Assembly: GCA_963514005.1 (NCBI GenBank)
Contig: OY740789.1
Coordinates: 24,676,001 to 24,740,000, forward strand
Direction of reading: 5' to 3'
DNA from: Raja brachyura
Lineage: Eukaryota
DNA length: 64,000 nt
Shown: piece by piece, positions 52,312-63,226 of the stretch
How positions within the stretch are numbered: the first letter of the stretch is position 1
How the letters are laid out: every line of letters starts with the position of its first letter
Position numbers and translations under genes: made by a program
The notes under the pieces: generated by a model
Seen by the model: only the letters and a program-made list of their open reading frames with translations
Database searches by the model: none
What the model was told of the DNA's origin: nothing

Positions 52312-52428
52312 ACTTCAAAGCAGCGGCATGAAAAACACAGAACCAATAGCCGGAGTAAAATAGTAAGGCTCAAAATAGACTAGAACTACCAGATGATCAT
52401 TTATATTATGAGGGTTGGGAGTGGAGGG

Positions 52429-52541
52429 CACGTAATCCCTCATCGTAACTCCTCATAAAATAAAGATCAAACTTCGAACAGGTAAGTTCTCGTTTAATCT
52501 CACTATTTTACTTCGGAGTCACGTGAGTGACTACGTGAAGA
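52429..52541. repeat. DIRS internal complementary region (ICR)
   Basis: 52429-52507 is the exact reverse complement of 52202-52280 (79 bp); 52505-52541 is the reverse complement of 57076-57112. Confidence 0.95.
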
Positions 52542-52793
52542 TTTTAAAGCCCTGTGTTTTCCATGTCGTAAACTCATTTCATACGACTCTCTGTTTGGTC
52601 AAAATAGTAGTGAGTAAAAAGTATTTTAACACATTGTTATAATTTATGTAATAAGTCCTTTAATTATAAAAATAACAACTTTTTAAAATAATAACCCCTC
52701 TATTGCAGGGGAAAATTACAAAATAATTGATAAATGATGTCAATGGTAACATAAATCGATAAAATAAATCGATAATATAAACAAAGCAAGCAT

Positions 52794-53760
52794 TTAAAGA
52801 GAACCCAGTACTGCGTGTCCAAATCCTGGCACCGTGACAACAGGTTTATTGTAGAACTTTGAAAAAGTTTCTTCTCGAGACCACCCTGCGGCCTCTAAAA
52901 TTTGATCGAGTGGTACGTCCTGTACCTTCGCCGCGGACGTAGCTGCCGCCCTAATGGAGTGAGATTTAAACACATCAGTGTCTATTCCTGCTAGACCCAA
53001 AACCTGTTTTAACCATCTAGAAATGGTTTGAACTGAAACTTTTGTAGGTGGTTTTTTGTGTGTTATCAATAACGCTTTCTCAGAACCCCTGAGATTTTTG
53101 GTTACCTCCATGTATTGAGTTAAATGCTTAACTACACACAATGTTTCATCAATAGGATATGCTTTAAACATTACCTTCATTCCAGTTCTCCCTGGTCTGC
53201 TTTGTTTGATCAAGTCATAAACATAAAACACAATGTTATCTGAAGTTACATGCATGCAATCCAACCTTAACAATTGCAAAGTCTGTACTCTTTGAGCTGA
53301 TACCAATGCCATTAACATAACCACCTTGAATGTTAAGTTCTGCAAAGACATTGAATTAATTGGAGTCCATTGTTTAAGTAAAGTGAGAACAATGCTAACA
53401 TCCCAAATTTCTGTATATCTGGGCTTGGGAGGATTTTTATTAAAAATACCTTTCATGAATCGGGATACTAATGGGTGAGACCCAACTGAATCCCGATCCG
53501 AAATTTGTCCTAAATAGGATGACAATGCACTCCGAGCACAATTAATGGCACTATAACTCAAATGCTCATCAAAGTGTAACCCAGCAAGGAACTCCAATAC
53601 ATTTGAAATGTTTGCAGAATGATTAGATATCTTTGACTGTGTACAAAAGGCTTCCCATTTTCTTATATGCGACATATATTGTTTATTTAGTGCTAGTCCT
53701 CCAAGCTGCATCTATAACATCCATGGTCCTGTCCGACAGTTCAAACTCTTGCAATGGTCT
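52794..53760 (-). CDS. DIRS tyrosine recombinase (N-terminus frameshifted near 53685)
   Basis: Catalytic signature R (SAQRVQTL), HxxR (HSIR), W (AAGWS), Y (FSKFY); upstream frame DAAWRTSTK joins KQYMSH after a 1-nt insertion. Confidence 0.92.
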
Positions 53761-53762
53761 GG

Positions 53763-55160
53763 TCAGAACCTGCAGATTAACAAATTCATATGATTATGCA
53801 ATGGATGAATTTCTTTTGTTACTGGTTGTGTCAACAGATTGACGCAACTGGGAATTACCATACATGGTTCAATAATCATTTTAAGCATCAATGGGAACCA
53901 TGACTGTGTGGGCCAATTTGGCACCACCAAAATGCCTTTGGCAGCGTCTTGCGCTATTTTCTTGAGACATTGCCCAATGAGACAGAATGGGGGAAAAGCA
54001 TAAAAGAACATATTCCCCCAGTGTAGCGAGAAAGCATCCACCGCTACTGCCCCTGGATCGTGTTCCCAAGACACGTATTTCGGCAATTGGTGATTCAATC
54101 TAGATGCAAACAGATCAATGTCCGGTACTCCATACCGACTGACAATATTTTTGAAAATTTGTGGATTTAACATCCATTCTGTATTGTCTTTAAATATTCG
54201 TGATCTTTTGTCTGCCACAACATTGTCTCTCCCCGGGAGATAAATAGCTGAAAGCCAAATATTTTTTGCAATACACCACTGCCATATCTGGTTTACCAGA
54301 TGATCACATGAAATTGATCTGACACCACCCATGTGATTGATATATGCCACAGCTGTGGTATTATCTATTTGTACTTGGACATGCAAATCCTTTAATGAAG
54401 AGCAATAAGCTTTTAATCCATAAAATGCTCCCAGTAGCTCCAAATAATTAATACCATATGTTTGGAGCAATAAATCCTCTTGGACAGCCCATCTGCCTCC
54501 ACAGCTGGTATCATTATCCGTAGCACCCCATCCGAGAGAACTTGCGTCAGTTTGTAAAAACACGACTGGCTGATGAACCAAAATGTTCTTAGCAGCTTGT
54601 GGAACATTCTCAATCCACCAATGTAATTCCGATAAAGCTTCCTTAGGCAATTGCATTGGCCTATCAAAATGGCCTGCTCGCTGAACTAGCGCTTTAGTTT
54701 TTTCCCTTTGAAGATTTTGGTAATGTAAACGACCAAATTCTACTGCTGGAAATGCTGCTACCAATTTACCAATACCCTTGGCAACCTCTCGGATGGAGGG
54801 ATAAGGTTTGTTAATCAGGTTTTGACACACATTTGTCAAATCCAACTCCTTATCCATTGGTAAAGTTACCAACATGGTGACTGAATTAATCACAAACCCC
54901 AGATATTCAATGGTTTGGGATGGCTGTAACTTAGACTTTGTTGGATGGATCAGAAACCCCAACTTCTCAAACAAGCTAATAGTTGCTGAGACTGATTTCC
55001 CAGCTGATTCCTGATTAGCATTGACAATTAAAATGTCATCTAGATAAGCCATAACAATGTGTTTTTGTGCCCTTAGCAGTGCAAGTGCTGGCTTTAACAA
55101 TTTAGTGAACAATCTAGGTGCTGAACTTAATCCATTAGGCAAAGCTTTGTATTGCCACAA
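53763..55160 (-). CDS. DIRS RT C-terminal part + RNase H + DNA N6-adenine methyltransferase-like domain (465-aa open stretch)
   Basis: ALPNGLSSAPRLFTK, AYLDD (RT); TDASSLGWGA, INYLEL, DNTTAVAYIN, NVVAD (RNase H); IDLFAS and YAFPPF (Dam-like MT motifs). Confidence 0.93.
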   Translation of the reverse strand: MWQYKALPNGLSSAPRLFTKLLKPALALLRAQKHIVMAYLDDILIVNANQESAGKSVSATISLFEKLGFLIHPTKSKLQPSQTIEYLGFVINSVTMLVTLPMDKELDLTNVCQNLINKPYPSIREVAKGIGKLVAAFPAVEFGRLHYQNLQREKTKALVQRAGHFDRPMQLPKEALSELHWWIENVPQAAKNILVHQPVVFLQTDASSLGWGATDNDTSCGGRWAVQEDLLLQTYGINYLELLGAFYGLKAYCSSLKDLHVQVQIDNTTAVAYINHMGGVRSISCDHLVNQIWQWCIAKNIWLSAIYLPGRDNVVADKRSRIFKDNTEWMLNPQIFKNIVSRYGVPDIDLFASRLNHQLPKYVSWEHDPGAVAVDAFSLHWGNMFFYAFPPFCLIGQCLKKIAQDAAKGILVVPNWPTQSWFPLMLKMIIEPCMVIPSCVNLLTQPVTKEIHPLHNHMNLLICRF

Positions 55161-55700
55161 GTCCCATCCATTTAAACTTTAAATACCTGCGAAAATCATG
55201 ATGAATTGGGACCGAATAATATGCATCCTTCAAGTCTATTGTAGCCATATAACAACCTGTTGATACCAACTGCATTGCAGTGTAGAAAGTGTCCATTTTA
55301 AAATGTTTATACTGGACAAATGTATTCAAAAATGTGAGATCTAAAATGATCCTACAACCCCCATCTTTCTTTGGTCTGGGGAAAATGTTTGATATAATTT
55401 GTTGTGGATCCTCTCCTGTTTTCTCGATAACTCCTTTTTTACTCAAATTCTTAATCTCTTTGTCCATTTGATTAATCTCAAACTCTGAGAACCTCAAAGG
55501 ATGACTAGGCTCATTCTGTCCCAATGGAACCATACCTTCCACAAAATCAATGGTAGATCCTAGTACAGTGTCTAATACCACACGATCAACTGTAATATTG
55601 TCCCATTCCTTATAAAACATTTGGAGTCTACCACCAATCTGTGGCTCATCCCAGCATTCCTCTTTAACAGGATAATGTTTATGTACCTCTCCCACTGGAC
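55135..55700 (-). pseudogene. DIRS reverse transcriptase, N-terminal part
   Basis: GGRLQMFYKEW, SNIFPRPKKDGGCRIILDL, HFKMDT, IDLKDAYYSVPI; frameshift at ~55160 joins it to the next ORF. Confidence 0.92.
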
Positions 55701-55799
55701 GAAATGATCTTCTTTTCCCAATGAATGGGTGTACATTCGGCTGTGTTGGCTGGAAATTTTTCCTTATCATACTCCTGCCTCGGCTTGTACCAGCTCCAA

Positions 55800-56891
55800 A
55801 ATCAAATCTCTTCCTCGAATAGCCAGTCCATCTCTGGCCAAAGTTGAAGGGTTTCATACGACCAAAAGTTTTTGCTTCTTCATCTATTTCTTTAATTTGT
55901 TTAGACAAATCCTCTCCGAACAAAAACCCAGGAGTTTGAACATTGCTTGGTTTACACAATCCTGCAAATCTTGGATGTAACAGAGGTCGAATGGCAATCT
56001 CATGCAATTAATCTCAAAAAATGAGTTGCAAAATAAGGCCAACATATGTTTCTGCACTTTGGTCATTCCACAACCTTCCACTTGTCTGCCAAGTGCAGTA
56101 ATGCCAGCTGAAATCAGCTTGAGGACTCTTTGAAATCAAATTTCCTGCGCCCGCATAATTGATGACATTGGCGCCCAAACAACTGGATTCACCGTAGGTA
56201 CCTTCAATGAGGCACAATTGATAGGTGTTTTATACATTTCTGCTGTCTCAACCATAACAGCATCTTGAAGCGGGTGAGAGACCAAATAATTAATATTGGC
56301 CGCCAGGTTTTCTTCCATGGCCTCACCGCCTCCTCCAGGTATAGCAAAATCTTGTGCCACATCAGGCACACCTGGATCCATATATTTGTATTGTGGTATG
56401 TACTACGGACCACAATCACCACTTTCAGGGTCTGTCTCATACAGCCCTGGTACTCCTGAAACTTGTTCAAAGGAGACTTCCTCCAGTCCATACCCAGGCA
56501 CTGGGGTTTCAAATTCCCAATTCGAATTGGCACCATATTCACGATATGGAACCCCCTCAGGGGCTGCCTGGGAATATTCTGGGTTCTTAGACCCTTGGTT
56601 GATAATAGTCTGGAGCATTTTCTCCATTTGGTCCATTCTGAGCCATAAGGCTTTCCTTTCTGGACCTTCAGAATCAGAGTCCTCAGAAACCCCAGGCCTT
56701 TCAGCTTTTCTTTTACTTTTTTTAGGCACTGGGATTTCCTCTACAGTTTCTGTTTGTGGAGCAATCAAAGCCTCACTAACGGGTGTTTCAACGGCCACCG
56801 GTATCGGAACCAGCTCCGCAATAATCTGCTGTCCCGACTCTTCTGAACCCCGGGACGCACGTTTTACCCGCTGTTTTTTGGCCTTCTCCAT
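55800..56891 (-). pseudogene. DIRS gag-like ORF1, disrupted
   Basis: ORFs 56403-56891 and 56136-56381 are in frame across a TAG (GP*YIPQ); a TGA follows (QEI*FQRVL); a frameshift near 56000 leads to IRPLLHPRFAGLC...LFGEDLSK, typical of DIRS gag C-terminal regions. Confidence 0.8.
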
Positions 56892-57048
56892 TTTGTTTTT
56901 TACTAACTCCTCCTGGTTTTCCCACCAGGCTACGGAGTTCTGAAACCTCGCCCTAAATTTTGTAAAACGTTCTTACCTGCGGGCCGGTTCCGTACCGCTG
57001 TGTGGAGCTGCGCTCTGCAGCTCTTTCGCTGCCGACAGCGACGACGTA

Positions 57049-57085
57049 ATGCCGTTCCAGCGCCAGGCGGGGTCTTCTTCACGTA
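57049..57085. repeat. DIRS left ITR core (37 bp)
   Basis: atgccgttccagcgccaggcggggtcttcttcacgta, inverted copy of 52275-52311. Confidence 0.95.
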
Positions 57086-57894
57086 GTCACTCACGTGACT
57101 CCGAAGTAAAATTGAACACATAGATGAACATCCTCAAGGAGTGTAATCAGATGGAAACTGATTCAGATGCGATATTTAAGAGCTTGTTCAAAGAAGGGGA
57201 ATATTTTAAAGGAGTGACAGAGATACTTGCAGGGGAATGTGTGAGAAGATTATTATATGTCTTTAGTTTTAGCTTGAACCAGGACAATTGAATATTCAAA
57301 GTTTAATATAATAATTGTACTGATACTGACCCCAACCAACCACATGATGAATATCATCCATTCCAGAGGTTTGACTTTTATGATGCCATTTAAACTTCAC
57401 TTGGATTTCAATCACTTCAATTTAAAAGTAATTGGGAATGGGGTGCATTGGAACAAAAATTTGCCCTCGGTACATATTAACTGTAATATAATAATGTATG
57501 CATGTTGGTAGGTGCAATCAAAACAAAGATCTTTTTATCCTTGTTGATAAAATATACCACAGAAAATATTATGTACTCTCAAGATCACAGTTAATAGAAT
57601 AATATTGCTTAAATATAGTTATTGGACTTTGCATTTCGGAAAAGTCCCAGCTGAGAGGAAGACAGCAAAATACTGAAAATATTGGGAGTGAAAATGACTT
57701 CAGGACTGTTTGTTAGGAAAATGAAAGAAATGGTAACAGAATACATACAGCTGAGTGAGTATAATTTTATGGATGATAAATTGTGTTCCACCAATTGATG
57801 ACTTCTTTAACAAAGTAACCAGCATGTTAGATAACAAGGAAGCCAATGGGTGTAGCACATTTTGTTATATTTCATCCCCTTTTACTAATCCCGT

Positions 57895-58205
57895 TTTCTA
57901 ATGCATTGTAGAAAGTAGCCAGACTGGTTATGGTATGCAATTTCAACACAAAAGAATGCAAGAGGCTGCAGAGAGTAGTGTTCTCAGCCCAATCCATTAC
58001 AGACATAGCCATCCTCACCATCAAAAGAATCTATAGGACTTGCTGTCTTAAGAGTCAGGGGCAGCATCCATTATTAAAGACGCCACTATCAGAACCATGC
58101 CCTCTTCTTGCTGTTATCAACCAGACTGGTATGAGTTTTAAGGGCTCAATCACCAGGTTTTAGAACAGCCATTTTCCTGCAACCATTAGATTTGTGAACC
58201 AACCT
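57895..58205 (+). mobile_element. Rex1/Babar 3' fragment
   Basis: KRLQRVV.SAQSIT..., HALFLLL, TRF.NS.FP. Confidence 0.7.
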
Positions 58206-58685
58206 GTACAACATTAAGGTAGACACCAAAATGCTGGAGTAACTCAGCGGGGCAGGCAGCATTCCGGGAGAGAAAGAATGGTAGACATTTTGGGTCGAGA
58301 CTCTTCTTCAAACTCTAATCCTACCTCAGCTACAGACCACTTTTACCACCATTTGTTTACCAATTGTGTTTTGCACTAAGGTCTATTTTGGCACACGGTC
58401 TTTTTCTTTTCACTGTCTTGTAGAATGTGTGTGAATTGGAATATGCCTGTGATGCTGCTGGCGACAAGACTTCCATTTTAGTTGTACCTTAACTTAGCTT
58501 GGGGGGGAAAAAAAAACTCCGGAGTACACTGGAATAACTCAGCGGGTCAGGCAGCATCTCTGGAGAAAATGGATAGATAATGTTTCAGATCAGGACGCTT
58601 CTTCAGAATTCTGCCAAGTTTATTTAGCTTGACTTACTACAATAAAATGTCAGGCAACAAGAAAATTCAAATTCTATCAACTGCA

Positions 58686-59025
58686 GTTTTAGTTTAGAGA
58701 TAAAGCGTGGAAACAGGGCCTTTGGCACACCGAGTCTTTACCTACCAGCGATCCCTGCACATTAAGATACAGATAGATTTTATTTGTGAACCAACCTGTT
58801 TATTTGTGAATTAACCTATCCTACATGCATTACATACTAAGCCAATTAACCTACAAATCTGTACATCTTTGGAGTGTAGGAGGAAACCGAAGATCTCAGA
58901 GAAAAACACAAGATGACAGGGAGAACGTACAAACTCCTTACTGACAGCAACTGTAGTCGGGATCGAAACCGGGTCTCCAGCGCTGTTAATACTGCAAATA
59001 CAGCAACTCTACCGCTGTGCCATTG
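58686..59025 (-). mobile_element. HE1-like SINE
   Basis: tttagtttagagata tail; antisense B box gggatcgaaacc. Confidence 0.8.
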
Positions 59026-60070
59026 TGCTACACGTCTGTTGTTGAGCTGACCCCATATGGATACGAAATACTCTTCAATTTTATATCAGTGCAGTTTTAT
59101 TGCAAAGACAGTACCAGCTCCTTTATCAGTAAGTAGTATTGACCCATTCCAATTGCAGGGCTGAGAAGTCAGTGTGAAAATAAGCTACCATCTTGCTGCA
59201 TCATTGTGGGACTATGCCTCAATTTTGAACGGGGACCACTGGGTTTCTCTGCCTCAAGTCAAACCTGAAGTGCAGTTCCCTGGTACAAAGTAAGTTTTAA
59301 ATTGTTGTGCTACTCTATTTACACGAGGGAATAAAACAAAGTAGTTCCCTTTAAATAAAAGAAAAATCATCTATAATCTTCCTTGTGCAATAACCTGAAA
59401 GATATTTCTGATATTTCCAGTGCCAGCCTGGAAGCAGCCAGTTCCATACAACTTTGTGAATCTGGTGTTTTGTTGGTTCACATGCTTGATCAATGGTGTT
59501 TTATCATTAATGTTTTATTATTAATAATGTTTAGTGTTTTCTGAGTCATTCGTAACTGTCACTGTAAGTCATGTTGTTACTTGTGGGCGGAGCACCAAGG
59601 CAAATTCCTTGTATGTGAATACTTGGCCAATAAACTTACTTAATAGTCACTGGTCATGCAGTCCAGTGCCTGCTTTGAGACAGCACTGGCTGGCAAATCT
59701 TATCGAACAAACTTGTTGCAACAAACAAAAAATTGGTGAGCCTATCAAGCCATGGTGGAAAGCATAAACAACTAAGTTGAAGCAAGTGTCAGAGGAAAAT
59801 CAACCAGTAACTAACTGCAGGCAGTGTTTGATCGTTTTATATAATGACAGTTGTGACGGATTAGGGGCAAGGGCCCTTTGTACTCATTAGTGCCTGTTCA
59901 GCTGTGTAGGGTTAAAGGAAGTATTGACTGATGTCTTCAGTTCCAAAATGATAACAATGGCTTTAAATTGCTATTGACTTTCTAAACTGCCTGGACTTCG
60001 GACTTTTGGGGATTTAAGCCCTTCATTTAGATAGCACCTAGTGCACTTCTAAACAGAATTGTGCGCCACT

Positions 60071-60760
60071 AATCAGAATCACGCTTTATTCGCCAAGTAT
60101 GTTTTGCAACATATGAGGAATTTCATTGGTCAGGTCAGTTATACAATTAAAAGTAACAGATCACTCAAAAGCACGTTTTAACATGAACATCCACCACAGT
60201 GAGTCCTACACATTCCTCACTGTGATGGAAGGCGAAATAAAGTGCAAGTCCTTCCCTTAGTTCTTCCTCGGTCGTGGGCCTCGAGCCCCCGTTGACGGGA
60301 AGATCTTGACTCCCGTAGCCGATGGCGTTCGGGCCCTCCACATCGAGGCGACCAGCTCCCGTATCCGGGGGGGGGGGGGGGATGTCAGCTCCCCCGCGCT
60401 GGACGATCGAACCTTCCGCAACGTTGGGGCTTCCCGACTAGCCTCTCCCGACTGCGAGCTTGATAATCCAGGCAAGGGATCAGCTCCGATGTTAAGTCCA
60501 CACCCCGCGATAGGGCTCAAAGTCAGTCCGAGGAGGCTTCCAGTTCCATCGATAGAAGGCCGCAGAGCGCCTGGAGAATGTGATACAAAAATTAATCCCA
60601 TCTCCGGCAAGGTAGGAACTAGAAAAAAGTTTTCCCCGATCCCCTCCTCCCACATAAAACAAACCAAAGGACATTAAAACAAACTTTTAACACACTAAAA
60701 AAATAACAAAAAGTAAGAAAAAACAGACTGCCGGCAGGGCAGCCATCGCCCCGGCGCCCC
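60071..60760 (-). mobile_element. Unclassified CpG-rich non-autonomous retroelement
   Basis: Minus-strand 3' end AATAAA + (CTGATT)n-like tail; similar layout at 19994-20620 and 36130-36700. Confidence 0.5.
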
Positions 60761-62015
60761 TGGTGGTCTTTTGTGTGCTTGTTGAAAAAGCAAGACACAA
60801 TATCAAATGTTTGACTCCCTACTCTCAGTAAAAATGCAATGCAGGGACATTAAGGGAGAAATCAATTGATGATCTACAGTTATCCACTATAAAATTTACC
60901 AATTTTAACAGAGTACCAGATTGGCTAACTGCCTAGAATGACTATATAAAATCTATGACGGATCTAGGTGGATTAGTGCCCTATGAAATAGAAGCATAGA
61001 GTGATACACTGTGGAAACAGGAGCTTCACCTCGCCACATCTACACTAGCCATCAAACATCTATTTTGCACTGCTTCACTACATTAATCCCCACATCCCAG
61101 GTTAAAATTAAGCCTGGGTCTCTGGTCGTCAAGCTACGCTCGACCTGCTTTGCCACTGCGCTGCTTTATAATCATGAGTTTGGTTACAGTTTAATTCTTT
61201 ACTCTTAGCTCTGAAAGAAGGCATGCTGAAAATAGATCAGCCCCAACAGCAGATGGGCCCAGCCTAGAGCAGCCAGAACAAGGCTTCACTATCCGGCAGC
61301 CAGAATGGCAGCACACTGAGAAACAACAGAACAGATGAGAGAATGTGCTCTTGTGGGCAGTGGAACAGGGTCTCGAGCCAAGCATGTACCAGGACAGCGT
61401 CCAAACTGACACAATCACGGTTATGCTTGCGGGAAGTTTGCCCTTTTTCAGTAAAATATTTTTCCCAGTACACACAACAATTTGTATTATCAGTCAATGC
61501 ACTCCAGTCAACTGCTCCCTTGACTCACAGAGAAGAGTAGCAGGGCGTACATAGACTTAACAAATTCAAAGGGAACTTGGCACGATGATTGAGTTTCCGC
61601 TTGTTCAACATGCTGTTTGACATCCTGGAGCCAATAAAAATCCCAACTTCAGCCAAAGATGAGCCATGGCCCCAGCTTCCTTACCACATATGGTTCCATC
61701 CGAATGGTATTGTCACAGGCAAGATTTTGTTGTATTGAACACACTTTACATCTCATTTTGTAATGCATTTCTCACTCCCAAAGTGATGATATTGATATTT
61801 TTTATTTTGCTTGGGTTGGGGATTTTATTGGAGTTTAAATTTAAGAGTTTCTCACTTGCACAGAGTCATTTTAATTGGTGAGATTGTGGGCTGGTATACA
61901 TTAATATCACGAACATGAAGAGCCTGTTGATCAAAACAGCTTGGGTTCATCTAAATCTTGCTCTGTGGACTCCTGCACCCGATTACCAAGGTATCATGTG
62001 GAAACAACCAAGTAG

Positions 62016-63048
62016 TAGCAATGTTACAAAGTATTGAGATTTAAAAAATCAAGTCTACAAATTATCCCATCAGATAAAGCATAAAAAGAAGTTTAATTTG
62101 ACACCTAATTCACGTTCATATCTTCAGTATTAAAAAAAGGTATGGCCATTTTCATACTTGGAAATTAGTAACTTGTTCCCTATTGCTTTTCCATTGACTT
62201 AACACAAAAGCTGTGATCGAGGACAGTCAAAAGCCCATAACTTTCTTAAAAATTAAGAGAACTGAAAAACATTTTCAGTTATTATAGATCGAAGTATTCT
62301 GAAACAAATATGAAACAATCTTACTTGGATGACATGAAATTAAAGCATATAACTAGTTAGTTACCCAATTGTAGCTAATTACAAAATTCAATTACTAGAT
62401 CTAAATATCTATCAATTTATTAAGAAAAGATGAACATTTTTAAATAGCCTAAGTGTCCAAATAACATTCACACAAGAATTCACAATATAACATGATTTTT
62501 AAATCTCATTGTCATTAATTTATTGGCCAAATGGAAGGAATTTAGTGTTTAATTCCCGTAAATTAATGGCCATTTAAATCATCTTGCGAGTGGGATTTTC
62601 TGGAACACGATCGATTGGAACGTTGCGGTTGCGGTGAATTTAAACCCCATATCGGCAGGAAAAAACTGCCGGTTCGTATGGGGAATTAATCACCTTCTCG
62701 CAACGTGAAAATTTAATTAAAGGTATCCTAAGAAGCACTTTTTAATGAACAAATAAACTGTGTACATTGCCTTGTCCCCTACGCGAGGTCCGTCCCGTTG
62801 TCGGCTTTAGAAGATGATTTTTAAATTACTACAGCAATTAAATTACCAAGCCCAGTTTCAAAATCACTTCAGAGAACAGCAGTCGAAGCGATTTTTCTTC
62901 ATCTATTAAAATCTGTTCAACATCGATTCGAATGGGCTTCCGAAATACCGCATTTTAAACCCGCCCCCCTCTCAAAGGCGCCAAAGTCGCGCACACAGGC
63001 AGTGACAGAACTGCAGCGCCACTAAAGGTAAGTATTGTAACATACCTA
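62016..63048 (+). mobile_element. Non-autonomous DNA transposon, copy 3 (7-bp TSD caagtag)
   Basis: TSD 62009-62015 and 63049-63055; TAG...CTA termini. Confidence 0.9.
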
Positions 63049-63061
63049 CAAGTAGCAGGAA

Positions 63062-63226
63062 GATGTGTGGGAAGGAACTGCAGAAGCTGGTTTAAGCGGA
63101 AGATAGACACAAAGAGCTGGAGTAACTCAGCGGGTCAGGCAGCATCTTTGGAGAAAACATCACCTATTCCTTTTCTCCAGAGATGCTGTCTGACCTACTG
63201 AGTTACTCCAGCTCTTTGTGTCTAAA
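63062..63226. mobile_element. Palindromic Penelope-end dimer (centre deleted)
   Basis: gacacaaagagctggagtaactcag / ctgagttactccagctctttgtgtc inverted arms. Confidence 0.75.

Larger units (their letters stand above)
52202..57112 (-). mobile_element. Full-length DIRS1-type tyrosine-recombinase retrotransposon (gag, RT-RH-MT, YR; ITRs + ICR), disabled by a few stops/frameshifts
   Basis: Domain order gag > RT (YLDD) > RNase H > MT > YR on the minus strand; 37-bp ITRs 52275-52311/57049-57085; ICR 52429-52541 complementary to both termini; AAT at both ends (52202-52204, 57110-57112). Confidence 0.96.

Noticed and set aside
56296-56943. 215-aa plus-strand ORF
   Set aside because: Antisense shadow of the DIRS gag, no recognisable domain
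60257-60677. Paired 123/136-aa ORFs
   Set aside because: GC-rich interior of a non-autonomous repeat; no motif
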